Source: Toensbergia leucococca (lineage: Eukaryota). From it: DNA of 64,000 nucleotides. Position numbers and translations under genes: made by a program. Location of the stretch: positions 1-64,000 of the forward strand of contig JALDZS010000079.1 in the NCBI GenBank assembly GCA_022813965.1. The letters run 5' to 3'. Positions 1 to 11,819 of this stretch are shown one piece after another. The first letter of the stretch is position 1, and each line of letters opens with the position of its first letter. The notes under the pieces are model-generated. The model did no database searches. It saw only the letters and a program-made list of their open reading frames with translations, and was not told where the DNA came from.

Positions 1-1391
1 CTCTTGTTTCCTTCGTCTTTCGTCCTGTATAGTACTCAGTACCTAGATCAAGCCTTATCATAGTTCCTAAACCCCTGATACAGCTGTGCTGTTCTTGCCT
101 AAGCCCAGTTCCTGACAAGACCTGACTGTGATAACTGTGAGGTTAAGCACTGAGTCTCAATGTAATTATACTTCTAACACTGAAAACACTGCTTTATCTG
201 ACAAGCTTTAATATATTTTTTATAAGTGTGAATTTTTGAATTAAGAATCAGTTTTATTACAGTGCTTTTCTAGGGCTAGGGTAGTTAAGTGAGATTAGGT
301 GAGTCAGCAACCCTAAGTGGCTTAGCATCACCACGGTATATCTAGTGACTTCACACCTAAATAGCTAGACATCTTCTAATTACACTCAGAATTTGAAATC
401 TCATAAGAGACCCTTACAAGTTTTCTCTCAATGACCTTGTTTGCATTAATAACTCTGATAAATTTTATTATTAGAGTTAATTTCTTCTTAATTGTCATCA
501 CCTGCTTAATAAGTCAGTCTATATACCTGATTTTTATCTTAAAAATAGTAAAGAAGTTTTTATTTAAGATTTTAATGACTGTTTTTTGTAAATCATCATA
601 TTTCTTAATTCTAATATTATGCATTAGAATTCTAAACGTTAATATCAATATCTTTACTTTCTTGCTAAGAACCTTAGCTCAGAAGGTGTCACCTCTCTAA
701 AGAAACTCTGAGTTATCTTCTGTCTTGATAATCAGAAAAATGTTCTCACTTTTTAGCTGTAGTACTGCAATTATTCTTATCTTCTTCTCTTTTCAGATCT
801 GATTAATACTATTATTGATTCTCTTAATGATAATGTCTGAGCTGTCTACTCATAAAGCTTTAATAAATGAGACACTGTTTATCTTAACAGTAATAATTTT
901 ATTCTTCTTTATATTTTTCAGAGTGACACATAATGAGAAGTCTGTAGAGATCTTTAAGCCTTTAACTTATATGCTTGCTGTGATAAAAGATAAGAAGAGA
1001 GCAGCTTGCTAAGGAGTGCGTTTTACTGTTAACTCTAGTAGAATAATAATGTCAGTCACAGCATTAACAGCTGTAAGAATCTAATTATTAAAGGCCTGAG
1101 TTCTGAATTTCTTAATAAACTTTATTACACTCTTAATATATGAAGTCATCAAAGGTTTTAATGTTGTATTATTATCTAAAAGAGCTTGTGAATCAGTGAG
1201 TAAGTTGAGAGCATGTGTATGTATTTTAGGTGATATATAGCCTACTAAAGGCTTTGAGATTCTATCACTCATTGCTTAATATGAGGTAATACCTAGTAAT
1301 AAGGTGATGAGATCAGATGATTCAGATAGTCAATTATGAGTTATAGTGGTTGATTATTTCAAAAAATAGGTTTGAACCTAATGTGATAACA
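1..1391. mobile_element. Hypermutated (RIP-like) transposon relic, probably LTR retrotransposon-derived, running off the left edge
   Basis: Very AT-rich, with only about 5 CpG counted by eye in ~1.4 kb and stops in all frames. LTR-end-like motifs ...CCTGACA (~117) and ...TGTGATAACA (~1391). Composition returns abruptly to normal after ~1400. Confidence 0.7.
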
Positions 1392-1617
1392 TATGATAGA
1401 TGATTGAAGCTATTCCGAAAAAGTGGTATGGAGTAACGGCATCAGTTTTTCGTCGGCCCTGCATTTCGCCTAATTCAGCCACTAGAACAAACAGTAAAAC
1501 ATGGAAATATTCGTATCCGTACCGACGTCATTGAATTAAACCTCAGGTCATATTGTGTCTGCTCTGGATCTACAACAACCGAATCCATTCGGAATCCCAT
1601 TTGCAGAAGTACAAATA

Positions 1618-2455
1618 ATGAATTCCATTTCCGAATCCCAGCTTTTCCTCTTCGGTGGCTCAGCGTAAAGCTTTCTATCTCATTCACCCCATACCTCAAA
1701 TACTAATTTCCTTCACCTAGCCCTTGGTTCCCAACCTCCAACCCTCTTAGCTGGACTGACGTCGATGACCGTGTTCGAGGCGGCTCCTCCCAGTCCTATC
1801 TCACTCCGACTTCCAAAGCTTCAAATCACGTCTTCTTCCAAGGCAATCTCAACACCACGACTCTTGGCGGCGCCGGCTTTGCTTCTCAAACCACCACATC
1901 TGACAAGGTTTGGGATCTGAGCGCATATGATGGTGTAGAGATCGACGTCGGAAGCGGTGATGGAAAACTGTACACGTTGATATTGAAGGACTACGTCCCT
2001 TCAGAGACGAGAGAGGATGGGCGTGAGAAGGCCGGAGTAAGCTGGGAGTATGATTTTCGAGGTGGAGATGGCCAGGGAAGAAAAGTCTGGGTAGCGTGGG
2101 AAGACATGAAGGCAACTTATAGAGGGAGAGAGAAACCGGATGCTGAGCCTTTGAAGACCGCTGAGGTCAGAAGGTTCAGCTTCATGATGAGGAGGTTCGT
2201 CAATTTCTTTTGCAAGACTAGGACTTCGATGGTGTTGCTAACGGAATAGGTAGTTTCTTCGGCACACAAGAAGGCAACTTCCAGGTCGAATTGAAATCTA
2301 TTTCTGCTAGGTCAGAGAAGCAATCTCGGGAGGGCGAACTTCTAAATTCTCAATCTGATCCTGCGGGGCCTGAGATTTGGAGGGAGAAGAACGAAAATTT
2401 AGGCAATGGAGCACATGGATGGATGCAGTGGTTATCTGGTATGTGTTGTGCATAG
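1618..2455 (+). CDS. CIA30 / complex I intermediate-associated protein 30 family protein (spliced)
   Basis: Spliced translation has WTDVDDRVRGGSSQSYL, GNLNTTTLGGAGFASQ, WDLSAYDG, YTLILKD, ATYRGRE and FSFMMR|SFFGTQEGNF, typical of fungal CIA30-domain proteins. ATG 1618, stop 2453-2455. Confidence 0.75.
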
Positions 2456-2599
2456 CTGCGGTACTTTAGTATTAATGCTGTGAGAGTAATTTCGAAAAGA
2501 AAGCTTAGGTCTGAAGAGGCCACAAACAAGCCATTAAGGGAAGCTTTCCTACCAAGAGAATGGTCTAATCTTTGAGTCGGTGGCTCAGGAGCGAGACAT

Positions 2600-3380
2600 C
2601 ATGCTTGCTTTTGCTGTCGGCTGTTTATTAGGACGGGTTGGCAGTCGAGCAACAAGAACAACCATTACGCCACCACATGTGTCAGCTCCACATACGATTC
2701 AGCCACTCAAGTGCAGAAGCGTCCTTAGTTCTCACTTCGACAGCGTTGATCAGCTCTGTCAAAGCTTGGTGGAATTACAATGAGCAAAGGACGAGTGTTT
2801 CAAAGAAAACCGAAGAGCTTCCAGCGTCCCGGGTTCGAAGGTTCAATGATAGAATTTAGCAAGAAGAGGTCGAATCTTCAAGAAATTCGCATCAGATGTC
2901 GTTTGAAACCTTGAAGTTTTGCACAAGAACAACACAAGCACCCAATAACCTTTATGTGGAGCTCGGAAACGGAGCCTTATAAAGTAGTGGAGGTTCTCCC
3001 CAGTCACGCTTGATATCGAATAAGAAAATGTGTTTGGGTATGAGTACCTACATTCAAAGGATACGCCTACAAATATCACGAACTATTCGCCCTCTGGAAC
3101 TTTCGCAAGATACTCACTTGATCTTGCCAATCTGATTTGTTGCTGTGCTCGTCCGTTGGTCGATCGCAAACCAGATTCACGAATGCCCCCAAGCACCGGA
3201 CAGGGTTTTCGCACGCAGGCATGCAGAATAAACGTACCAGGTTTAACCTTTGAAATTGCGACTTCTGACGCTTTAAAAATTTCATGATGCCAATGAAGAA
3301 TAGTCATATGGAGCCTTGCTTGTCGCGCAAGCGTGTGTGGATATATGGCCCCTCGGAAGATGGCACTTTCAACACTCAAC
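2600..3380 (-). pseudogene. Decayed N-terminal part of a fungal AlkB-like dioxygenase family gene
   Basis: FVIFVG...RYSYPNTFS...VTGENLHYFIRLRF...HKGYW, then DANFL and WWRNGCSCCS, follow the order I recall for this family (PVVIIIG...PHRYxV...KVRFEKL...SWW; YDPxFL; WKGIVCPxC). Contains stops and frameshifts. Judged by eye only. Confidence 0.35.
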
Positions 3381-4329
3381 TAGGTTTCTCTCTCCTGTTC
3401 TTCTGCCAGCCATATGAGTAAGCTCAACCCGGTACGTTGGCCGTACGTAGCGACTATCCGTTTATATAACATCTGATAGTCAGATGACCAGAGAAATGAT
3501 ATTCGTGAAGGTCAAAGTCAATGGATGCGACTTGGAGACAGCAGTATATAAGATGAATATGTGCGAAGTGTCAATTCCTTTCACCATCTTAGGATTATAT
3601 CTCGTGTATGACAACTCAAGTTTGCAAAATCCTTGAAAGCTGCTTTGCTCGGATCTACATCTATGCCGGGCTCATAGGCCCAACTACCTTCAGTCATCGC
3701 CGCCGTCCTCACGCTCCAGCTTCTCCTCTGCCAATCTCCTAGCTGGTCACGAGTACATGATGGTTGCTAGGTACTAAGCTTTCTCCTGGTCTGCTGTCCA
3801 GGTGGTAGTTGGATAATGTCGATTCAAGCAAGCAGCTACTTCAACATCATCGTTAACAGAAGCATACATGATACGAACAAAATGATGATCTTCCCCCATT
3901 TGTAAGAGCCACACCGAGATCGTTCGGTGCGAAGGCAGATAGTTGATCGCTCAGGCCTTAGCTGAGATCCACGAAAAAGCTTGTTCCGCAAAAGATAGCT
4001 CGGGTCTTGGATGTCGTTGAATAGGACCTTGATCGTATCATTTTGTTCTATCGATATAGTGTCCTTCTTTTATGGCCAATAATGGAAGTGCCCGACCTAA
4101 TCCCTGTTCCTGGGAAGAGTGTGTGGCAGAGCCTTTTCGCACAAGTCTTACACTTTCTGAAGAGCAGGTGGTACAGTAATGCACTTACTCGCTGCTCCTG
4201 TGTCCTTTCCAGGCAAATTTTTCGAACATTTCAGAAGAAGGATGACTGTCATTAAGAAAGGATGAGACTTGAAAACTTCAACGCATCGCGTTGTCGTTAA
4301 GGTAAATTAATCAGGTTAGAAGAAAGACT

Positions 4330-5250
4330 ATTATCATTGTTGGAACATCCGCTCGCATCAAGGCAAAGCGTCCTAACAATCAGGGTGTTTTCAAAATTTC
4401 ATCCATGAACTTCATCATGAAGCAAACAACTCGAGATATGGACGCTTCCATCACTCTCAGCCTAGCGAGTGACGTTATCTGGCTCATTGGCTTTGATAGT
4501 AAGCCGTGTACGCCGACTGACAAGCTCTATTCAGCTGCAGACAAAGGTCCGGGCGAGATCCAGACCGTCATGAAGTTTTGAACTAAAAACACGATTCTAG
4601 TGAAACAACCGCTGTTTCAAGACTTTGAAGTCCTCGAGTTGTGGCTGTTAATCAAGCCGTTGACGATGGGATAGATCCATGGACGGTCTATCCAACAATG
4701 AGGATTGTTGCTCTTTTGCTTCAAGCTGCAACGGCGTTTTGTTCATGTGGGAAGATTTCTGGAGCTACGACCCGCATGGTGTGGTAGTTGAACTAATGGA
4801 CCCCCCTCCACAAACTTCTTAGCATCCCTCGCTCTTCCGATTCTCTTTGGTCGCTATCTCGACATCCGAGGTGTCGTGGAAACCGGCTTTCATGTCTAGC
4901 CTATGATCAGACGGCATGTTTGGCCAAGTAGTGAGAAGGATTTTCTTGTCGGCGTTGTGCAGATGAAGGGTATCAGCTTCTAATCCTTTAAGGCCGCTGA
5001 TTGTGCACATCTCCTTGCATGAACTTGGCTAGTATACGCAGCAGAAGATGTGTTTGTTAGTAATTTGGCGCGAACATAGCTGGATATCCTTGCGCATGTC
5101 AAAGGTACCTCCCAACGGATCACCAACCAGCTGGGGGTATTTGGAACTGCCTCAATTCAGTAAGGGTGTAAGCTGCTCAAAGAGCTTCTTAAGTCGGCAT
5201 TCCGTGGCAACAGCTACACAAACACGCTGCTGAGCCGATGATTTGGCTAT
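4330..5250 (-). pseudogene. Decayed middle/catalytic part of a fungal AlkB-like dioxygenase family gene
   Basis: CTISG...LHLHNADKKI, then AYYQSQ and LHDE...TLIVRTLCLDAS, are collinear with recalled YTIPG..THFxANK / GYFExQ / YHDDGE..PTIATLSLGA motifs. Heavily degenerate. Confidence 0.3.
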
Positions 5251-6591
5251 CTTTATAATCAAGTCATGCTTTCCTCACGAAATAGGTACATGCCCTCGGC
5301 ATCGAGTGAGCATGAAGTTTTACACTCTGTCCTCGGCTTGACGTCTGCGATCGGAGCCCGCGGATCATAGCCGGGTTAGAGAACCCGCGGCTACTACGAT
5401 TTGTGCGTTGGAGTCTCTAAATAGCAAAGCTATACAAAGGCCTTAATCGCTGTTGATTTGATCGAGACAGAACAAGAGAAAACACAGCTGAAGTGGATTG
5501 CAGCTGGTACGCGATTAGTGAAAGGACTGCGTTTGTGGTCCGATGTATCTAATTGAACGGTGATTTGAGGACAGTCGATTGGAGATGGACAGTAGGAAGA
5601 AAGGACCATGGCAAGCAAGTCGGAATCAGTGTAATTGCGCTGGTCCTGCGATCCCATTTGGCAACGCTCGAAACTTCTGCGTCTTGAGACGCTCTTTGCC
5701 TAAAGTATCCGAGCATTTGAATATCTGACCGAAATCAACGGCGACGATTCTGTTGAAACGAGTATATGCATCACTCTGTTGCCTGCAGAGATTGTGACAC
5801 CATCTGGTGGAGATGCTTCAGAGACTGTACTGAACTCGCTCGAGGAGGTAAAGATACTGCATGATGTTTCCGCCGACTTTGAAAATCAAGCTGGGCTCGA
5901 GCCCCGCTATTGACCGATGTCTATTTGCTTTCAGTGGGTGGCTTCCACTAAATGAGAAAGAGCGCCGTTGAGGTGAAATGATGGGTTGAGTATTGTCATA
6001 GTCGATGAGTGTATTTGCAGCACTGAGTGCTCAGTTTCAGGTGCATGACATAGGCCTTGATTGTATGAAAGATCTGGGGTTTTTTTCTTTCCTTTTTGGG
6101 GGGGGGGAAGAAAAAAAACCAAATCGAATCTCGACGCCCGAAAAGGCGATATTCTCTTTTATAAAGCTTACAAGGGCGTGGGCTCTCCAACTTGTTCCGT
6201 CACTATTCCCGTCATGCAATCTCTTTTGGCTCTTTTCCATATGGCCATGGCTAGAAATCATTTTTGTTTAACTCAATTTGAACCCAGTGGACGACGTATC
6301 AAACTTCGGCGCCTTTCCTAAGGCCTTGCGTGGGAGCTCAATGATACCGGCTATTAAGCCTCTCATTAAGCCCATTTTCCTTTGACAATTTGGAGAGTCT
6401 TCCATAGTTCAGTGTCTTCCTCGACCCGATCTGCTCCTCTCTCCAGTCCAGGTCAATTCTCCACATTACCCCAGGGCTCCTTGTACACTGAACCAAAAAT
6501 GTGCTTTACTTGGGGATGTTTAGGTTTCTCAGCATTATATTTGGCCATTCGGATTTGGACGATCTTTAAATGAGGTCGTGCTGGTGCCGTC

Positions 6592-7115
6592 TCAGCCTCG
6601 AGATGCCATTGGCGCGGACCTTTGGGCATCTGTACCCCGGAGACAGATGCTACGGCCCCAGCCTATCAGTTGGACCCCAAACAGTTCCAAATGTGGCCAG
6701 CACTCCACAGGCTTATAGTGCGTCTGGCCGCAAAATTGACATGTGAGTGCAAATCTTAGCGTCCCCTCGGGCACAACTAAAAGCTACGGGGTTCAGTATC
6801 TGTGCAGCAAATATCTGGGACCGAGTGCCTACGTCCAAGTGCTTTTGAAACTCAACACAATATGGCGTAGTCCAGGGCCCAGTCTAATATATGTCATCTG
6901 AAATTGACAACGTATTGCCCCTCGTCAGGCCTGCCTCTGTGCAGTCCACTTTGTGTGGGTTTCCCGGGTTGGCTTCTAGAGCTGAGGACGTTGATCATAG
7001 GCTTTGCAGCCTTTCAGAACCGGTGCAAGAGGGTCATATGGAGGGTCGCTCTTGGCCTTGCTGTTATAATATTTCTTCTTCATGCGAAGAGTTGCTCCTG
7101 GCTTTGCCATTATAC
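6592..7115 (-). pseudogene. C-terminal fragment of a fungal AlkB-like 2OG-Fe(II) dioxygenase
   Basis: PGATLRMKKKYYNSK...PVLKGCKAYDQR, then VEFQKHLD|intron|LLVVPEGTLRFALTCQF. This matches the recalled family C-terminus (MxIRMKxKxY...PxxPGCxxYxxR; IQKYYE|HSVxPxGKLRFALTCRY). Has an in-frame TAG and a frameshift, and the metal-binding His position is altered. Confidence 0.65.
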
Positions 7116-7899
7116 TAATCAGGTACGTCTTCTCTTCTTTGCTGCCTACCTCGAAGCGAGCCCGCGAGGTGGCCAGTGGATCTTCCTCACCACTAGCAAT
7201 GGATTCAATTTGACTACTCCGGAACGAGCGGTCATCGGTCCCGTTGAGGTCGAAAGCGTACTCTATTCAAACAAGCATCCATTATTTCCCTTGTAGTCAA
7301 CCCGATCTGTTGGTTCTCCTCGATCTTGGCAAATCTCTTCTAATATATCCTTCGCCAACGCTAGAGATCCCATCTCCAGCTTCTTTGAAACTGCCATGTC
7401 ATATAGCCTGTCTTCTAAACTTTGGAGAATAATGTGAGTACGGGCGTACTCTCTATATGATCCGATTGTTGATCATAGTGTCGATTGTCATCGTGCTACT
7501 TTTGACATCCAGCTTGATGAGTGCGTTTAACGTCCACTTCGACGGAGCATTGTGAGTGGTAATACTTGTTTGATATTTAGTCTCGTTCTAGGAGCGTGTA
7601 TACAATGTCTTCCCTTTTCCTTCCCCACAAAGAAATGTCAGCGCTCTATGTAACAACACTGTCCCTATGGGTCCATCAACGCTAGAAGAGATCCTTTCAA
7701 GATCGCAAGCCCAGGTAAGAAAACAAGACATATGAGCCCAACGATCGCTTTCCTCCTTTAAAGACATAGCAAGTCAGTACTAAAACGCTGCAGTTGAAAT
7801 ACCGGCCATTCTCTATTGTGATTCGACTTCAAAAGATAATCCACATCATGTTCACTGACTTAGAAATGAAGAGGTGCTTTGAGGGACTTTTTTACTTTC

Positions 7900-9340
7900 T
7901 CAATAGAGGGATCGATTGGTATGCGAGATCAGCTTCGTCGAGTATCGTGCCCTAGTCAATCGGATCGTCTTCATCGTCTTTCACGGCGTCGTCAAAGTCG
8001 TCGCTGGAATCCACAAAGCTTCTTCCCAGTCGCCAAACAGACTCCGATGGTGAACCCGCACCCCATTTTAAAGACTTGCTAGCCCATCTTGCCTTCTCTT
8101 TGGCAACCGTGCCCTGTGTCTCTCGTCTAGTTTGAGTAAGTCAAGCTCATGTACTTCAATGAATTCGAGAATAGCGCTCACGAATTGTCTAGCCAAATGC
8201 ATTTCTACTTGCAGATCCAGAGACTCAAACATGCCTCCTCTTATGAGACACAGCATTGGCACTCTTTGTCTCAAGCTATTTCTGCCTCTGTTTTTGTCTT
8301 CGTCTCGATTTTTAGCGCCTGCAAGTCCTGCAGGCAGCATGGCTGACAAGCTTTGTCCCTAGAAACGCATCACGATGAAACCGTATTCTGCTCATAGACT
8401 ATGTCGAGGATTCTTTTAATGTGTTCGCTCTTTGTTTTCTCCAAGCCACCACGCTTGAACCATGTATACGAAATGATGGTAAAAGGGTCGGTCAAAACAG
8501 CGAAGGATTGGCGTTGCGGAAAGAAGCAGATGGTAAAAGCCGTGATTTTGGAACCCACGTCAGGGAATCTAATCAGGGTGTTGAAAACTTTGTCCTTCGG
8601 CAGGGTAGGGTGATAACAAGCCAAGTAGACCACTCAGCCGGCCGGACACGATTTTCTGACTGGCGAGACTTCGTTATAGACTGCCTTTGATACCAGGAGT
8701 AGCTCTATGGCCCTGACGGCTCCGCAGTCTCAAAACATTCATCCGAATCTTCTGGTGAGCTGGACGTCCTATCAAGTTCTCTACAGAGATCAGGAGTAAG
8801 CATATTGGTTTGACGCCGAGTCCGAAATGCCGATGATTGCTCATCCATGGGACGTTACTGATAAGTTCTGTACCAAGGGTTGCGCAAAAAATTGCTGATG
8901 TCCAATTCCGTTTCATCCTATTGCATTAGGTAGTCTGGATCGCTGGCTCTCATGATCTCTAGCAATTGAGTTTGCTTGAGCCAAGAGTGGGAAGGCTATC
9001 ATGTCTTGCGCCTCATGAACACTTTTATGGCATTCGAAGTCTGAATGGCTTGGCATTTATTGCTGAGATTTTGATTGCGGTATCATCCCACAATTCATTG
9101 TCATGCCCATACTCTGCGATCATGTTTTCCTTGCAAGTAAAGCCTCGGGCCTTGCAATTCACACTCTTATACTCGGTGCAACTCCTGAGCCTTTGCAAGG
9201 CGCTATATCTGTGCCCTCTCAGGATATCATGGCTTTCCTTGTACGCGAGTTCTTCCTCACGTTCTTCTTGATTCCTGGGCCACATGACTCTCAGAAAAGT
9301 CAGTATCCATGCTGTGGGAAACTCCAAGCTGTTTGAGTAA
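7900..9340 (-). pseudogene. Chimeric pseudogene copy A: possible AlkB-like middle region + HhH-GPD glycosylase fragments + unidentified domain
   Basis: FNTLIRFPDVGSKITAFTICFFPQRQSFAV (HhH motif) and GGLEKTKSEHIKRILDIVYEQN...RDAFL, typical of fungal HhH-GPD/endonuclease III-like proteins. Followed by VPMLCLIRGGM...FIEVHE, shared with copy B. Confidence 0.6.
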
Positions 9341-9549
9341 CCGAAGCTATCACCTTAGCAGTGGACAGTTTCTTCCAAGACCCTAGGCTGCTGGACTGCG
9401 GGTGACAGACAACGTCGAAAAGGTAGGTAATCATGGTACTGCTAGCATGATTTTATCGTCCTCGAGAACCCTAATATCACGACCCACACACGTGTATGTG
9501 GTCAACCGATCATCCAGGCCGAGAAAATAGGTACTGTCGCTCTGCTTCA

Positions 9550-11230
9550 TTGGATGAGTTGTCTGACATGGTTGGTGGAGCATTTGGGACTGAGGCAAAA
9601 GAGCTCAGGCTGAGCCAATGGGACGGCCAACGAAGAGAGCTTAGGTACAGCATTGCCAAATTTGAAGGATCACTTGGATCAAACGATGATGTGTTATCAT
9701 AACGGCATCACACAGCGACCTGGATGTGGCCATCTGGAAGGGAGTCCAATTGTGATGACGAGCGCATGCCAAGAAAGCATTGGCAGAAGCAAGATGAGAA
9801 AGAGCTGCAATTTTCAAATCGAATGCGTCTGAAAAAGAAGCGCGGCTGTATACTTTGCTGCTCGTTCCTCTGGCGGTGGCCGGAGGATGTGGTCGATGGT
9901 TGTTATGGTGGGTTTAGTCGCTACGGGAACACCAGGCTGGAATTGAAGAACTCAGGGTAAGAAGTATATGGCATCTCCATCCATCCGACTCGCACGACGA
10001 ACTGCCTATTTTCGTCAAGGTGTTTTTGAAAGTTAAAGCCGTGGATGCCCATTATATTGATATTGGCGGCGACGGGTGCTTCACCAGATTAATACCGGAT
10101 ATCTTTGGTAATGTGCTTTGACGGAGTTCCAACGAGGATTACGCGATGTAGGCTTGGGGCAAAGAATTTTCCAAGGCTTCTAATTCGTCGGCTCCTCGAG
10201 AATATTAGTGTGTATACTTACGCTAGAGAAGTTATACCAGCGTAGGGGATGCCGACTTGCTGCGTCTCTCTCCCATATCTGTGCATGGTGTCTCGTTTGA
10301 ACATCAATGTTCGGGGCGTGCCAAGGAAGTGACTGCAATTTCTCTGGCCCCGATGGTAACTCGTTTGGAAATAGCTGCGTAAGGTATTCTCAAGAAGCAG
10401 TATGGTGTGGGATGCCGAAAACCTATCAGATTCTTTGCCGTCGGATTCTTCCCCCATGACCGCAAGCTCACAAAATATATTTACGCATGAAGTGGACAAA
10501 CTTGTAGCCAGTGGCTCAACCCATTTTATGTCTCCGGGTATTGTCTCGTATTAGTGGATGCGTTCAGGCTTCCTACCCAAGAACATGGTCTGGATGACGA
10601 AGTTGGAGTCATTGCGACGATGCAGTCTTATTTCCCGCATCTATGGACTTTGGATCCTTGTTTTCATCATCACATACCCCCAGGTACATTCAGTATCCAG
10701 TACTATTTCTTATGTTTTACAATCCTTCCATCATTATTCTTGTCATTATCTTCTCTCGGCCGCCAATCCCCTGATCCGAACACCCCCACCTCTTCCAACC
10801 ATCCTTCGGACAACACCATCGCCTGAAATGCTCTCTGCGCTATATCTGCCTTTGAAAACTCCAGGGACAGTGAGAGGAGGCGAGTGTCTGCTTCATTTCT
10901 CCTTCGGATATGTTTATCTCACCCTCATCTGCAGAACCATCAGCGTCTCTGCATTGACACGGATTGAAGTATGTGACTCGATTTAGGCAGGCGAGGCGAC
11001 GCGCATCCAACGAGACTACTAGTCACTGATTCCTGTAAGATAGCGCTGATCTCAATGCCTCGTTGAGGGCTCGGAGCCCTGTGGATTTCATAGAAGGTGG
11101 CCGGTACCACCGCATAATTTAGTCAGGATGTCTCGACGTTGCTAATGAAAGAGATTGCTTTCAGCCACAACACGAGCACCGACAGAGAATTCCAGGCAGG
11201 AACTAGGGTAAGATCTGAATCTGCCATTTC
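9550..11230 (+). pseudogene. Decayed N-terminal two-thirds of a fungal AlkB-like family gene
   Basis: Fragments in the expected order across frames: WDGQRREL, AARSSGGG, MPIILI..G, AWGKE, RRCSLISRIYGLW, VANER...STDREF. Many stops. Confidence 0.3.
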
Positions 11231-11544
11231 TTTCCTAATTTTGAATATATGGCTATCGTGCGTCATCTTTAAGGATGTTCTCCAGCCATTTACCGCTCTA
11301 CTCAGCTAGTTCTGTTCATTCTACCGCAATGGTGTGTTCTTTTTAAGGGTTCTATCAGCAGACATTTTTTCCTTGGCTTCTTTTTGCTTTGGCTTCTTTT
11401 TCCTTCGGTCCTTCTGCTTCCTTTCCTTCATGAAAGATCTGAGTACATGCAGAGCATGAATATATCTTGGGCTTCAAAGACCTGAGAGGTTCAACAGTCT
11501 CTGACACTATGATGTATCATCATGAGGGCTGAATTAAAGTGACC

Positions 11545-11664
11545 CTTCCTTTCCTTTCGCTTCCTTTCCTTTCGCTTCCTTTCCTTTCGCTTCCTTTCCT
11601 TTCGCTTCCTTTCCTTTCGCTTCCTTTCCTTTCGCTTCCTTTCCTTTCGCTTCCTTTCCTTCTG
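11545..11664. repeat. 15-bp minisatellite (CTTCCTTTCCTTTCG) x7 plus one variant; reads (RKERK)n on the minus strand
   Basis: Directly visible perfect tandem units. Confidence 0.95.
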
Positions 11665-11819
11665 CTTCCGTTCTTTGCTTTCTTTGCTTTCTTTCCTGGG
11701 CAAAGTGCCCTCATACCTCACATCATCCTATACACCTCAGTCCACGAAGTGTTGCCTCCTTCCCGGATTGCAGAGAGTGAGCCTTCCGCCTGCAAGTATC
11801 TATTCGTTCATCTTTCTCA

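Noticed and set aside
431..1272. Short hydrophobic ORFs at the left end
   Set aside because: They are by-products of AT-rich mutated transposon DNA.
5460..5915. Coding-like relic on the plus strand (RAFEYLTEINGDD...)
   Set aside because: It has many stops and no motif I can assign.
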